A stretch of DNA of 64,000 nucleotides, from IMG/VR virus record IMGVR_UViG_3300036832_000493, positions 2,085-66,084 of that record, one strand, 5' to 3'. Both the position numbers and the translations under genes were made by a program. This DNA is from a virus (Duplodnaviria > Caudoviricetes). This document shows positions 35,199 through 45,200 of this stretch, in pieces (position 1 is the stretch's first letter; each line of letters starts with the position of its first letter). The notes beneath the pieces were generated by a model. That model was not told the DNA's origin, did not search any database, and was given only the letters and a program-made list of their open reading frames with translations.

Positions 35199-36313
35199 CA
35201 GTAGGGCTCCTTCACGGTTCTGATCGGGTGGTAGTCCTCACCGACGCGCTTGTAGACCGTCGACATGCCCTGCGCGTCCGGTGGACCATGCCATGTGTCG
35301 TCCTGCCACTGCACGAGGCGCGGGCCTTTGTTCGGCAGCTGCACCCAGTTCTCGGTCGGCCCCGGGTTGTTCTTGTCGACGATGACGCCGTGCGTCTGAT
35401 CGAAGACAATGCCTTGCGGCTGCTTGTAGGCTGCCGTGATGTACCGCCCCTGCAGAGTGGAAAGCTCCTTGGCCTGTGCCATCTTCATTTCAAGGAGCTT
35501 GTCCTCCAGCGCGTTGCTCTCCTGACGCCGCTGCTGCGCGAAACCCTGCATCGCCGGACCGACGTTGGCCAGCGCCTCGCCGAAGCTGCCCGTGCGCGTG
35601 GGCTGGAGGAGAGCGGACCCGAGCGCGAGCAGCATGTCGTTGCGCGATGGTCCCTGATAGCGCGCGGTTAGCTCCTTTGCCGCGTTCCCGTAAATGTCGG
35701 CCAGCGACTGCGACTGCTGCTGCATGGCGGCAGCCAGACCGGCGTTTCTGTTCTGCACCGAGAGATTGGACCCGAGGCCCGGTACGGCGAGCGTGCCGCT
35801 GTCGTCCGTGCCGTCCGTGCCGTCTGTGTCGTCATCGGTGCTGTTTGCCACGATACTGCCCTTGCTGGGTTGAGCGGGTGTGTTCCTGTTAACCGCCATG
35901 CCATCTGCCCCATACCCTAGGGACCGCATCCCGTTCTTGACGCGGGCGAGATAGGCCTGTGACGCGGGGCCGCGCCTTTGCCCTGACGGCCCGGCGATGT
36001 AGCTGAGGACCGTCTCGTCAACGTCGCCGCCCGAGCGCTTCCAGTCATTACCCAGATGGATGGCAGCGGCGTGCGTCGCCGCATCGGGGCCTGACCACGG
36101 GTCGATGTTGTACTTGTCGATGAAGCTTTGTCGTGTCGGCGGCGTGAACTGAAAGACGCTGCGCGCGCCCGCCGGGCTGACGGCATTGGCGTTCGACTGC
36201 TCGCCGCTGATGCGGATCGCGCGCAGCATTTCAACGGGAATGCCCTCCTGCTGGGCATATTGATCCTCCAGAGGGTCGTAGGCCTTGCTGTTGTAGGAGG
36301 CGAAGTCGGGCAC
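35198..36313 (-). CDS. virion-associated lytic transglycosylase (SLT) / ejection protein
   Basis: GEQSNANAVSPAGARSVFQF...SYIAGP...YLARV SLT motifs at the N-terminus. Confidence 0.8.
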   Translation of the reverse strand: MPDFASYNSKAYDPLEDQYAQQEGIPVEMLRAIRISGEQSNANAVSPAGARSVFQFTPPTRQSFIDKYNIDPWSGPDAATHAAAIHLGNDWKRSGGDVDETVLSYIAGPSGQRRGPASQAYLARVKNGMRSLGYGADGMAVNRNTPAQPSKGSIVANSTDDDTDGTDGTDDSGTLAVPGLGSNLSVQNRNAGLAAAMQQQSQSLADIYGNAAKELTARYQGPSRNDMLLALGSALLQPTRTGSFGEALANVGPAMQGFAQQRRQESNALEDKLLEMKMAQAKELSTLQGRYITAAYKQPQGIVFDQTHGVIVDKNNPGPTENWVQLPNKGPRLVQWQDDTWHGPPDAQGMSTVYKRVGEDYHPIRTVKEPY

Positions 36314-37531
36314 CTACTTGGTCCCCAGTACGCCGCTGCCACCGAGGATCGCGGCACCGCCGAGCAGCTGCTGGCCGAGGCTGGCGCTCGGGGCCGCCGA
36401 GGTCGTCGTCTGGACCTGTCCCTGCGGGATCGCCGGGGCGATGGCCCCGAGGGTCTGCGCCATCTGGTTGATCTGCGCCTGCGAGAAGCCCTGCTGCGCG
36501 AGGAAGTTCTGATAGGCGACGTCGAGGTTGGCCTGCTGCAGCCCCTGCTGCTGGTTGCCCGTGGCCGTCACCGCGTTGGCTCCGGCGAGGCCCTGCTGCT
36601 GCAGCGCCCCGGCCTGCGCACCCAGTTGCCCGGCGGCGTTCAGGGTGTTGGTCGTGTCGGCGTTGTAGAGGTTGCCGGTCGTGCCCGCGAGGTTGGCGTT
36701 AATGCCCTGCTGCGCCTGCCCGATGCCCGCCTGCGACGCGCCCAGCTGGCCGAACTGCTGCCCGGCGTTGGCGATGATGTTCTGCTGGTTCTGGCCCAGC
36801 TGACCCATCGTCTGGCCGATCTGGGCCTGCCGCGCGAGGTCGGTCTGGGACGCACCGAGGGCGGTGTTGTAGCCCTGCGACAGCGCCTGCATCTGCTGGG
36901 TGCCGACGCCTTCCTGCACGTCGCGCAGCGCGCGGGCGGTGTCGGTCATCATCCCCGACGGGGCTGCGCCGCCGCCCAGCTGCCCCGCCGAGATGTATTT
37001 GTTGGTCGCGGCGGGGATCAGCTGCTCACTGAGCGTGCGCGCGCCCAGCTGACCATAGCGGTTGACGACGTTGTCGAGGAACGGGTCCATGTAGGCCCCG
37101 ATGTTCGACGTCGCGTTCTGTCCGGCCTGCCCGAGGAGCGGCATCGCCATGTTGAGGCCGGTCGGATTGGTGCTCTGCGCAGCCAAGTTCCCGGCGGTGC
37201 CCAGCGCCCCGTAGGCCCCGGGGAGGAAGCTCTGGTCGCTGGCGCGCTGGAGGAACGGCGAGGCCGCGCCGAGCGCCGAGCGGCCCAAGGTGCCCGCCGT
37301 CGCGCCCATCGCCGTCGCCATGCCCGGCTGGTTCGACGTCGCCGCCGACTGGGTCATGTCGAAGCCCTGCTGCTGGGTCGGATTGAGCCCGGCAATGCGC
37401 TGGCCCTGATAGGGCTGGTAGGTCTGGCCCTGCAGCAGCGCGTTCTGGTTCGACAGGATTTGCTGCGCGTAGTTGGTGTACCACGCCGGGATCACGCTCT
37501 GGGCGTAGGTGGTCTGGTTGGTGGTGCCCAT
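36314..37531 (-). CDS. Gln/Gly/Ala-rich DNA transfer (ejection) protein
   Basis: 405 aa, low complexity; YQPYQGQRIAG...YMDPF pattern; position in the late operon. Confidence 0.7.
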   Translation of the reverse strand: MGTTNQTTYAQSVIPAWYTNYAQQILSNQNALLQGQTYQPYQGQRIAGLNPTQQQGFDMTQSAATSNQPGMATAMGATAGTLGRSALGAASPFLQRASDQSFLPGAYGALGTAGNLAAQSTNPTGLNMAMPLLGQAGQNATSNIGAYMDPFLDNVVNRYGQLGARTLSEQLIPAATNKYISAGQLGGGAAPSGMMTDTARALRDVQEGVGTQQMQALSQGYNTALGASQTDLARQAQIGQTMGQLGQNQQNIIANAGQQFGQLGASQAGIGQAQQGINANLAGTTGNLYNADTTNTLNAAGQLGAQAGALQQQGLAGANAVTATGNQQQGLQQANLDVAYQNFLAQQGFSQAQINQMAQTLGAIAPAIPQGQVQTTTSAAPSASLGQQLLGGAAILGGSGVLGTK

Positions 37532-39003
37532 CAGGCGGCCCCGCGCATGTAGGCGGCGGGCTGCTTGGCCCTCGGACTGAACTTGCCCTTGGCGAGCTTC
37601 GCGCCTTTCTGCTTGCGCAGGTTGACGCGCAGGCTATCGAGCGCCTTCGCGCCCGCCTTGTTCGAGCCGTTGCCGAGCATGGCGACGGTCTCGGCGTCCA
37701 TGACGTACTCGCCATCGGACAGGCGCGCGTCGATCTTGTCGGCGCGCCCGTCGCCGTCACCATCGACGTCGCCACCGCCGCTGAAGGGCAGGGTGTACCG
37801 GGCTCCGAAGCGATTGGGCACGATACCGCGATCTGACTGGGCGTTGAGGTCGAGCCTGCCTTGTCCGACCGGCCTGCTGAGAGCCAGCGCGAGGCGCGAG
37901 GGGATCATGCCATTGGACAGGGCGTCGACCGAGAGGGAATTGTCACCAACAGGCAGGGTGACGCCGTAATCTGAGCCTCGGCGCGTGGAAGCGTTCACCC
38001 GGGCCTGCGCTTTGTCGACCTCGCCGCCATCCGCGTAGCTGTTGAAATACTGGTACTCGGGCTCGTACCCGGCGCGGGCATAGTCCGCCGCCGCGCGCGG
38101 CGCGCCCTGCTGCAGGGGCACCGTGAACCGGCTCTGGGGTGCGACCATCTGGTTGTTGTTGAACGTGCTCTTGAAGTCCGCCTGCGCCTGCTGCGCCTCG
38201 GCGGTGGTGGGTGTCGTCGGGGTCTTGAATGCTCCCGACAAGGCGAGACCGCCAATGACGCCGGGGATCGCGAGCTTGTTCTTGATCGGCAGGCCGAGGA
38301 AGTTCTGGTTCCAGAAGCCGGGCTTGGCCGCTGCCGCTGCTGCCGCTTGCGGCGCAGCGTTTGCCGCTGCCACTTGCGGCGCGACGGACATCGCCTGACC
38401 CGCTGCGTTGGCTTCAGCGAGCCCCGGCACGGAAGCCGCGAGAGACGAGCCCGCCGCCGCTGCCGCAGGGGCCACGGTGGGCGCAGCTGCGGCAACCGTG
38501 GGCGCGGCTGCAGCAATCGTGGGCGCGACCGCTCCCGGGACTGCTGCAGTGGCCGCTGTCTTGCCTAAAAGGCCGGGGAGACCGGCGCCCAGCGCGCCTT
38601 TGACCCCGAGCGAGCCGAGACCGCCACCAAGCACGCCCGGCAGCGCGCCGAGCAGCGCGCCCTTGATCCCGCCGCCGTTGAGCGCGCCCGAGGCCGCGCC
38701 AAGGCCCATCGAGATCGCTGGCCCGACGCCGGGGATGAAATTAGCGGCTATCGCCGCAATCGGCAGCAGTTTCTTGAGGAAGCCGAGGAAGAACTCGGGT
38801 TGCCCGGTTTCGGGGTTGATCGTCGGCGGACCCCAGCGACGGCTCAGTTCAGCGAGTTCGGCCTTGTTGACGTGGATGATCTCGGTATCGCCGTAGCGTC
38901 CGGCCCGCTTGACCGCGAGAGCGGCATTGACAAGGCCCCCCTTGGCATAGGCGGGTCGGGCGTCCCCGTAGACAAGCCGCACTGCGATGGTCTTGCCGCT
39001 CAT
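37531..39003 (-). CDS. putative ejection protein with TINPETGQPEF and DKIDARLSDGEYV motifs
   Basis: Start MSGKTIAV coupled to upstream stop; hydrophobic Gly/Ala stretch; repeated (Y/F)AxGG. Confidence 0.7.
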   Translation of the reverse strand: MSGKTIAVRLVYGDARPAYAKGGLVNAALAVKRAGRYGDTEIIHVNKAELAELSRRWGPPTINPETGQPEFFLGFLKKLLPIAAIAANFIPGVGPAISMGLGAASGALNGGGIKGALLGALPGVLGGGLGSLGVKGALGAGLPGLLGKTAATAAVPGAVAPTIAAAAPTVAAAAPTVAPAAAAAGSSLAASVPGLAEANAAGQAMSVAPQVAAANAAPQAAAAAAAKPGFWNQNFLGLPIKNKLAIPGVIGGLALSGAFKTPTTPTTAEAQQAQADFKSTFNNNQMVAPQSRFTVPLQQGAPRAAADYARAGYEPEYQYFNSYADGGEVDKAQARVNASTRRGSDYGVTLPVGDNSLSVDALSNGMIPSRLALALSRPVGQGRLDLNAQSDRGIVPNRFGARYTLPFSGGGDVDGDGDGRADKIDARLSDGEYVMDAETVAMLGNGSNKAGAKALDSLRVNLRKQKGAKLAKGKFSPRAKQPAAYMRGAA

Positions 39004-39236
39004 CTCGTGCCCTCCAGCAGCGGGTAGACCCTCTCGGCCCATTCCCGCCAATCGTTGAACTGGTAAGGATCGGGGAGGGCGCGCTGCGCAAGGGGAGGCG
39101 CGCGTACAAACCCAGCCGCATGTATTTGCCAGTCGCTGGCATCGGTCAGAGTGCCGAGTGCCCAGTTACTGGGATTGTCAAGCATTACCGCATCGAACCA
39201 CTGTTGCAAAGTCAGGCCTTTGGGCTGGACCGTCAT
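39000..39236 (-). CDS. small virion-module protein
   Basis: Coupled on both sides; 78 aa. Confidence 0.7.
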   Translation of the reverse strand: MTVQPKGLTLQQWFDAVMLDNPSNWALGTLTDASDWQIHAAGFVRAPPLAQRALPDPYQFNDWREWAERVYPLLEGTR

Positions 39237-40786
39237 AGCATCGTTCCATCTCCCGGCTGCACCTGCGCGAGGACGCGGCCCATCTGGTAGTATCCACCGA
39301 CCACGTCGCTGCCGAAGCGGAAGCGCAGCTGGCGGCGCTGCTCCTTGAAGAAGACGACGGCCTCCTCGGGCGTCGTCGGCTCGTCGGGGAACTCCATGAT
39401 CGGGCCGCCGACGTCGTTTGCGCGGGCGTTGGCCTTGCCGAACAGCTGCACCGTCATCGGCCCCTGCTGGATAAAGTCGGGCTCGATCATGACCACCTGC
39501 GTGGACTTGTTCGACGGCTGCTGCTGCGACAGCGCTAGGGTCATCGGCGCGGTCTCGAAGAACGAGGGGATAGGCCGCACGGACAGCCCGTCGACCTCGT
39601 CATAACCGCGCTCGTGGACCCACATCCGGTAAGCGGGCGTCGAGGTCGGGCCCGGGTCGACCCCGGTCAGGATCGGCGAGCGGAACACGGCGGGTGAAGT
39701 CGCCGCCCCGCGTCCGCCGTTGGGCAGCGGCGTGTCGTACCAGACGTTCTCGCGGACGTTGTAGATCACCGCGTGGTTGGGCTCGGTCGCATCGCCGAAG
39801 GGGAAGCACCACCAGACCTCGCCGAAGCGCGGCACGACGAAGCTGAAGACCTTTTCCCGGTAGGAGTGGTTGACGTTGTCGAAGAACAGGTCGCGGTTGA
39901 AGGCGTTGGGGATTTCGCGGACGACGCCGTTGAACATCAGGAAGCGGTCGGTCGCGGCCCAGTAATAGATGCCATCGTACTCGACCACCGCCTGCGCCGA
40001 CAGCAACGAAATCTGGGCGCTGATGGTGTCGAAGCTGAAGATCGACGTGGTGTCGCCGTTGAAGATCATGCGGATCAGGCTGTCAGCCGACCACAGCAGC
40101 CCCGAGGGGCTTGCCCCGGGCCCGCCGCGCAGCGGCAGCCCCCGGATGATCTTCTGCCCGGTGACGAAGGCGTTGCCCGCCCCCGTGCCCGCGTAGTCCG
40201 TGGGATCGCCGGGCGTCGACCACGCCACGAAGCCGTTGTTGCCGAAGGCGACGAGATAGGGCCCGAGCGCGACGATACCCCCTGAGATGCTGCCTCCCAC
40301 CCCGGGCCCGGGAGGCGGTGACACCGGGGTCAGGGGCGCGGTGCCGAAGGCGTCGCCGTAGAACAGCTGACCGCCGAGGCTGTTGCAGATGCAGTCGAGG
40401 TTGGGCGCGACCTGCGCCATGATCTGCAGCCCGGTGCCTGCCATCATGCTGACATCGAACTGCCACAAATTACGCGGGTCGTGGACGAGGGAGGCGGGCG
40501 TGCGGTCCGTGATGACACTGCTGTTGAGCGCGCTATCGAGGGTTAGCCGCTCGACCAGATTGGCCGAGCCACTGTGGAGGAACTGGGTCAGGTCGCGAGT
40601 GTAGCCGTGGAGCGTGCGCACGGCTCCCGACAGGTATTTATTGACCGCGCGATAGCCGCCCATCTTGCGCGGCTCGCTGTTGGCGAAACGCACCCAGAGC
40701 CCGTCGCTGTAGGCCGTGTTGCCGAACAGGGTGCCGTCGCGCTGGATGCCGGGCTGCGACTGGATCGGGACGGGGTTCTCGGCCAC
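39233..40786 (-). CDS. putative tail nozzle / head-closure protein (P22 gp10-like)
   Basis: 517 aa, beta-rich; EVWWCFP...AVIYNVRENVWY; lies between fibres and ejection genes. Confidence 0.65.
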   Translation of the reverse strand: MAENPVPIQSQPGIQRDGTLFGNTAYSDGLWVRFANSEPRKMGGYRAVNKYLSGAVRTLHGYTRDLTQFLHSGSANLVERLTLDSALNSSVITDRTPASLVHDPRNLWQFDVSMMAGTGLQIMAQVAPNLDCICNSLGGQLFYGDAFGTAPLTPVSPPPGPGVGGSISGGIVALGPYLVAFGNNGFVAWSTPGDPTDYAGTGAGNAFVTGQKIIRGLPLRGGPGASPSGLLWSADSLIRMIFNGDTTSIFSFDTISAQISLLSAQAVVEYDGIYYWAATDRFLMFNGVVREIPNAFNRDLFFDNVNHSYREKVFSFVVPRFGEVWWCFPFGDATEPNHAVIYNVRENVWYDTPLPNGGRGAATSPAVFRSPILTGVDPGPTSTPAYRMWVHERGYDEVDGLSVRPIPSFFETAPMTLALSQQQPSNKSTQVVMIEPDFIQQGPMTVQLFGKANARANDVGGPIMEFPDEPTTPEEAVVFFKEQRRQLRFRFGSDVVGGYYQMGRVLAQVQPGDGTML

Positions 40787-40795
40787 GGCTCCTCC

Positions 40796-41347
40796 TTACA
40801 GAAACGTCACCGGCACGTTCCCGCCCGTGCCGAAAGGATTGCCGGTGCCACTCCACACCCACTGCGTGAAAGTCGGACTTGGCCCGGTGTACTGGCTGAA
40901 GCTCGCTGAGAGACGATTGAGGACCGTCCCGTTGATGTTGATGGACGTCCAGCCGCCGTTGCCCTGAAGGCCGTCAATGCTGAAAAGAAGCTGATTGCCA
41001 GCAGAGTACCAGTAGCACGCCACAATGAGCACGTTGCCTATGGGCGGGAAGGTGTTGGGGTTGATGCTCCCCCATGTCTGCGTGCGGTCGATGCTCTTGG
41101 AGTAACCCCAGCCATTGCCCCCGACACTGGCGACACCCACGGTGTGCGACGACAGCAGCTTCGTGGCGCCGTAGAAGTGCGAGAAATAAATGAGACCGCC
41201 TGTCGGGATCGGGCCATTGACGCCCACCGCCCCTGCCGGGACGTAGGGGCCGCCCGCATAGTAATTCGATATGTAGACGGGGTTGCCGCCGCCGAACTCG
41301 TTGCGGATCATGTCGAGCGTCATGACGCCGCTGGAGGGGAGGGTCAT
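40796..41347 (-). CDS. tail-fibre tip / adhesin-like protein
   Basis: MTLPSSGVMTLDMIRNEFGGGNPVYISNYYAGG N-terminus typical of fibre-tip proteins; follows a fibre gene. Confidence 0.65.
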   Translation of the reverse strand: MTLPSSGVMTLDMIRNEFGGGNPVYISNYYAGGPYVPAGAVGVNGPIPTGGLIYFSHFYGATKLLSSHTVGVASVGGNGWGYSKSIDRTQTWGSINPNTFPPIGNVLIVACYWYSAGNQLLFSIDGLQGNGGWTSININGTVLNRLSASFSQYTGPSPTFTQWVWSGTGNPFGTGGNVPVTFL

Positions 41348-43677
41348 AGCGTCATCGCCTGCAGGATGCCCACCTCGCGCCGCAGTTCCTTGAGCGCCTC
41401 AACGATGAGGCCCATCATCGCCCCGTAGTTGAGCGCGAGCATGCCGCCCTCACCCTCGCTGACAGCCTCGGGCAGCACGTTCTCGACATCCTGCGCGATC
41501 AACCCCGTGTGCCGCTGGTACAGGTCCGTGCGCGTGAATGTGTAGCCGGTCAGCGCCTCGACCTTGTCGAGCGCGTGCTCGATCTGCTTGAGATCGGTCT
41601 TGAGCCGCCGATCGGAGAACGCCGAGACGTTGCCCGTCGCGTCTAGGTTGCCGTAGACCTGCAGGCCGTTGTTGCCGATGTTGCCAATGGCCACCCGCCC
41701 GCCCTGCGGGCAGTTGATCATGTCGCCACCGCGCGGGCCGTCATAGACCCGGAACAGGCCCCCGCCGTTGAGGATGTGCCCGCCGTTGCCGTTGATGTAG
41801 AGATAGACGTCGCTCAACGAGGTGATGCTGCTGTCGAAGTTGCCGCCGCCGATGCTGGTGGCGTGGCTGGCGTTGGTCGCGCTGTCGGCGCTGGTCGCGT
41901 GGTTCGCGTTGGTCGCCGCGCCCGCCGTCAGCGAGGGCGCGCTGCCCGTCAGCCCGGCGCCCGAGCCGTTGAACTGGACGGCGCTGACGACGTTGCCGAA
42001 GGTGGCGTTGTTGGTCGTGAGGTCGATCTGCAGCGGCCATGCGCCGCCGACCTGCGTCCACGTCGTGCTGTCGGCGACGCCGCTGAGGATGTAGAAGGTG
42101 TTGGTGTTGGTGTGGAGGAACGCCGTGCGCGCGCCTGTATTGCGCAGATTGAGCACCGGAGCGGTGTTGCGTATTTCCGCGTTGCCGCTGGAGAAGAGCC
42201 CGGCGCCGTACAGCGGCCCGCTGGCGACCGCGCTGCCATCAGGCTGGACGCGGAAGCGCTCGGCTCCGGCGATCTGGAAGCTGATGTTGCCACTGCCGCT
42301 CTGAACGACATCGAGGATGCCGTTGACCCCTGCCTCTCGCATGATGCGCGCGTCGAAGTCCGTGCCGGGACTGGCGTGGAAGTCGATGCCCGTCAAGGCG
42401 CTGTCCGTGCGAGAGCCTGCAAGCTCCAGAATGTAGTTGCCGGTGAGCGGGCCGAGGCCGGTCAGCACCGACAGCGAGGTGATGTCGGCGTTGTCGCCCG
42501 ACTTAGCCGCAACAGCGACGTTGCGGACGGTCGCCGCGTCGACCGCCGTGACGATGGGGTCGGCGAACGTCGAGATGCCGAGATTGAGCCGCGCCGCCGA
42601 GGCCGTTATCGCACCCGTGCCCCCGGCTGAGATGACCACGGGCACGCCGATGCTGATCGGGTCCGAGGCGAGGATCATGTTGGTGCCGTCGCAGTAGTAA
42701 ATGCCCTTGGCGCCCTGATTGACCTGAACCGGCGTGCCGCCGACCGCTTGGACGTACAGCAGGAACGAGCCGGTCGTGGTGTTGTCGATCCAGTATTGCT
42801 GAACGGTCGCAGGCACGACGACGGTGGCGTTCGACGTCAACGCGCCCGTGAACTTGTAGGCGATGCGATTGAGTTCGGACCCGGCCAGCGTGTAGGTGCC
42901 GCCGGTCAGGGCGATGGAGGTGTAGTCGAAGGCGAAGACCGGGCTCTGCCCGAGGCCGACCGTGTACCAGCTGATGCCATCGGTGAAGACCGAGGCACTG
43001 TCGCCCGGCTGCAGGATCAGCGACGCCCCGTCATTGATCACCTCGGCGCCCGAGGGATCGATGGTCAGGCTGCCGCCGCCCTCGTTGCGGACGTGGAAGA
43101 TAAAATTGTTGCCCGCCGTCGCCGTCGCCAGCAGGTTCAGCACGCCCGCGCCCGTGCCTTTCCAGACGAAAGCCGTGGCACGGTTCGACAGCGACACGAC
43201 GAGCCCTGTCGTCGAGAAAGTCAGCACCGGCACCGCCGCCGACAGCGTCGTGTTGGTGACCGTCAGGCCGAAGCCCGCGAGCGCCGAGGGCTGCACCGTC
43301 GCGGTCGAGGCCCCGAACTGGAAGCAGTACCAGACCCCCGCCGGGGTCGTGTTGTCGGCGAGGTAGACCTGCCAGACCGTGCCCGGCGGCACCGTCGCGA
43401 CGACCGTGCCGAAGAAGTCGGTGACGGTGAAGCTGGCCGAGGTGCTGAGGTTGTTGAACAGCACGGTCTGCCCGGGCGCGGCGGCGTCGGCGGCGGGCAG
43501 GACGATCAGGTGGCCACTGACATCGGGCGTGACATCCACGATCCGCGCCAGCGGCGTATCGAGCCCCGAAGCTTCGAGCGGCCACTCCAGCTGCACGTCG
43601 GCGACGAGGGTCAGGGCCAGCAGCGACACGTCCGAGGGGTAGATCGTGGTGCCGCCGAAGACGTCCATGTAGCCCAT
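41344..43677 (-). CDS. tail fibre with C-terminal peptidase S74 intramolecular chaperone
   Basis: FSDRRLKTD...GLIAQDVENVLPEAV...LNYG...EALKEL. Confidence 0.85.
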   Translation of the reverse strand: MGYMDVFGGTTIYPSDVSLLALTLVADVQLEWPLEASGLDTPLARIVDVTPDVSGHLIVLPAADAAAPGQTVLFNNLSTSASFTVTDFFGTVVATVPPGTVWQVYLADNTTPAGVWYCFQFGASTATVQPSALAGFGLTVTNTTLSAAVPVLTFSTTGLVVSLSNRATAFVWKGTGAGVLNLLATATAGNNFIFHVRNEGGGSLTIDPSGAEVINDGASLILQPGDSASVFTDGISWYTVGLGQSPVFAFDYTSIALTGGTYTLAGSELNRIAYKFTGALTSNATVVVPATVQQYWIDNTTTGSFLLYVQAVGGTPVQVNQGAKGIYYCDGTNMILASDPISIGVPVVISAGGTGAITASAARLNLGISTFADPIVTAVDAATVRNVAVAAKSGDNADITSLSVLTGLGPLTGNYILELAGSRTDSALTGIDFHASPGTDFDARIMREAGVNGILDVVQSGSGNISFQIAGAERFRVQPDGSAVASGPLYGAGLFSSGNAEIRNTAPVLNLRNTGARTAFLHTNTNTFYILSGVADSTTWTQVGGAWPLQIDLTTNNATFGNVVSAVQFNGSGAGLTGSAPSLTAGAATNANHATSADSATNASHATSIGGGNFDSSITSLSDVYLYINGNGGHILNGGGLFRVYDGPRGGDMINCPQGGRVAIGNIGNNGLQVYGNLDATGNVSAFSDRRLKTDLKQIEHALDKVEALTGYTFTRTDLYQRHTGLIAQDVENVLPEAVSEGEGGMLALNYGAMMGLIVEALKELRREVGILQAMTL

Positions 43678-43678
43678 C

Positions 43679-44332
43679 TCAGGTCTCCTTGCGCGACTGG
43701 GCGCGGTCCAGCATCTTGGCGATGTCCTCGCCGTTGATCATGGCAGCGGCGCGGTCGTAGAAGGTCTGCCATGTCGAAATGCGCTCGTCGTTCTTGAGGA
43801 ACGGCGAGGCCTCCAGCAGGGTGGCATAGAGCAGCAGCTGCGGCGCGTAGTCGGTGATCCAGTTGGACTGGACAGTGTCGTCGAGCATCGGCGGCAGCGC
43901 GTAGTAGAGGATTTCGAACGGATAGGCCGCGTCGGGCGTCGGTACGAACAGCCAGTGGCTGTAATTGTAGTCGGCGTAGAACTCGGGGCTCGCCTGCTGG
44001 CTCTCGTTGGGCCAGTAGGCGCGCGCATACTCGTAGCCGCGCGTGAAGATCGGCGTGCGCTCGGCCATGTCCGGCCCGTTGCCGTAGTTCATCGACACGG
44101 TGTCGCGCCAGCGGTCAGGCTTGCGATAGACGCTCTGGCCGGGGATGAAGTGATCGGTGACGACCTCGATGAAGCCCGTGATCTTGAGTTCGCGCGCGAT
44201 GCGCCGCTCGGCGAGGTTGATCAGGCGCGGTATCTGCTCGTAGACGACCGGGTCGGTGATCGCCGAGGCGCCGCGTTCGAGGTACTTCCTGACGTCATCC
44301 TTGAGCGTGTCGAACGTCATGTTGGTGGCCAT
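43679..44332 (-). CDS. putative head-tail adaptor (tail tubular protein A-like)
   Basis: IPRLINLAERRIAREL...PTPDAAY...NWITDYAPQLLLYATLLEA. Confidence 0.75.
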   Translation of the reverse strand: MATNMTFDTLKDDVRKYLERGASAITDPVVYEQIPRLINLAERRIARELKITGFIEVVTDHFIPGQSVYRKPDRWRDTVSMNYGNGPDMAERTPIFTRGYEYARAYWPNESQQASPEFYADYNYSHWLFVPTPDAAYPFEILYYALPPMLDDTVQSNWITDYAPQLLLYATLLEASPFLKNDERISTWQTFYDRAAAMINGEDIAKMLDRAQSRKET

Positions 44333-44352
44333 CGGCGGTCTCCTTGCCCCCG

Positions 44353-44583
44353 TCAGCGATCTTGGTAGCGCTGGGCCTGACAGGTCATCTGCAGCCAGAC
44401 GATGTATCCATCCTGATCTATGTGGCGCTGCACATGGCAGTTCATGTCGGGGTTGTCCCCCCGGTTGAGCATGCGCTCAACGACACCACCACTAGGCGAT
44501 GGGTACTGGGCCCACACCACGGCGGCGGACGCGGCGCTGACGGCGACGCTCGCGATCAGCAAGGCCAAGGTGACTTTCGACAT
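44353..44583 (-). CDS. small exported protein
   Basis: Signal-peptide-like N-terminus; GGAGG RBS. Confidence 0.55.
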   Translation of the reverse strand: MSKVTLALLIASVAVSAASAAVVWAQYPSPSGGVVERMLNRGDNPDMNCHVQRHIDQDGYIVWLQMTCQAQRYQDR

Positions 44584-44601
44584 GGCGCCCTCCAGAGGTG
44601 A

Positions 44602-44631
44602 GGCGGGACGGGGCTTGCGCCCCGTCCCGCC
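44602..44631 (-). terminator. 13-bp GC hairpin with GCAA loop (on - strand)
   Basis: GGCGGGACGGGGC-TTGC-GCCCCGTCCCGCC on + strand; no U-tract. Confidence 0.5.
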
Positions 44632-44642
44632 GGGGAGATCAG

Positions 44643-45110
44643 CTACTTCTTGGGGCCCGCCGATGGCGGCAGACCCTGATCGGGACGCGCAGGCGCCGGA
44701 GGCAGGCCCTGATCAGGGCGACCCGGCGACGGAGGCAGGCCCTGATCGGGATGCCCGGGCACAGGCGGGAGGCCCTGATCAGGATATTCGGGTGCACCGC
44801 CCCAGATACCCGGAGGCACGCCGGGCAGCGTGTTATCGGGCGCACCGGGGCAACCGGGCCAGCTACCGATGGGCAGCGAAGGCAGGCTGTTGTCGATGCC
44901 GGGGATATCACCCGGCAGCGTCTGATCAGGCTCCCCCGGCACACCGACGTCGGGCGCACCCGGCAGACCGTTGTCGACGCCTTCGTCACCGACCTCGATG
45001 ATGATCAGTTCGCGGTAAATATGCTCATAGGCCACGGCGGGCGGAACGCCCTTGGGCTGCTGGAGCTTGACCCGACGAACCGACGAACCAAGCGGAACAC
45101 GGACTGCCAT
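44643..45110 (-). CDS. Pro-rich protein with tandem PD(Q/N)xLP repeats
   Basis: AAGGAG RBS; VDNGLP, PDQTLP, IDNSLP, PDNTLP, and four copies of PDQGLPP. Confidence 0.7.
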   Translation of the reverse strand: MAVRVPLGSSVRRVKLQQPKGVPPAVAYEHIYRELIIIEVGDEGVDNGLPGAPDVGVPGEPDQTLPGDIPGIDNSLPSLPIGSWPGCPGAPDNTLPGVPPGIWGGAPEYPDQGLPPVPGHPDQGLPPSPGRPDQGLPPAPARPDQGLPPSAGPKK

Positions 45111-45200
45111 GACGTTCTCTCCTTGTGTGAGGCGCTGTTGGGTTGCCGTCGCCTGCCCGCGCCGACGCAGGGTCTGGACCCGGTCGTAGTACCACCCTCG

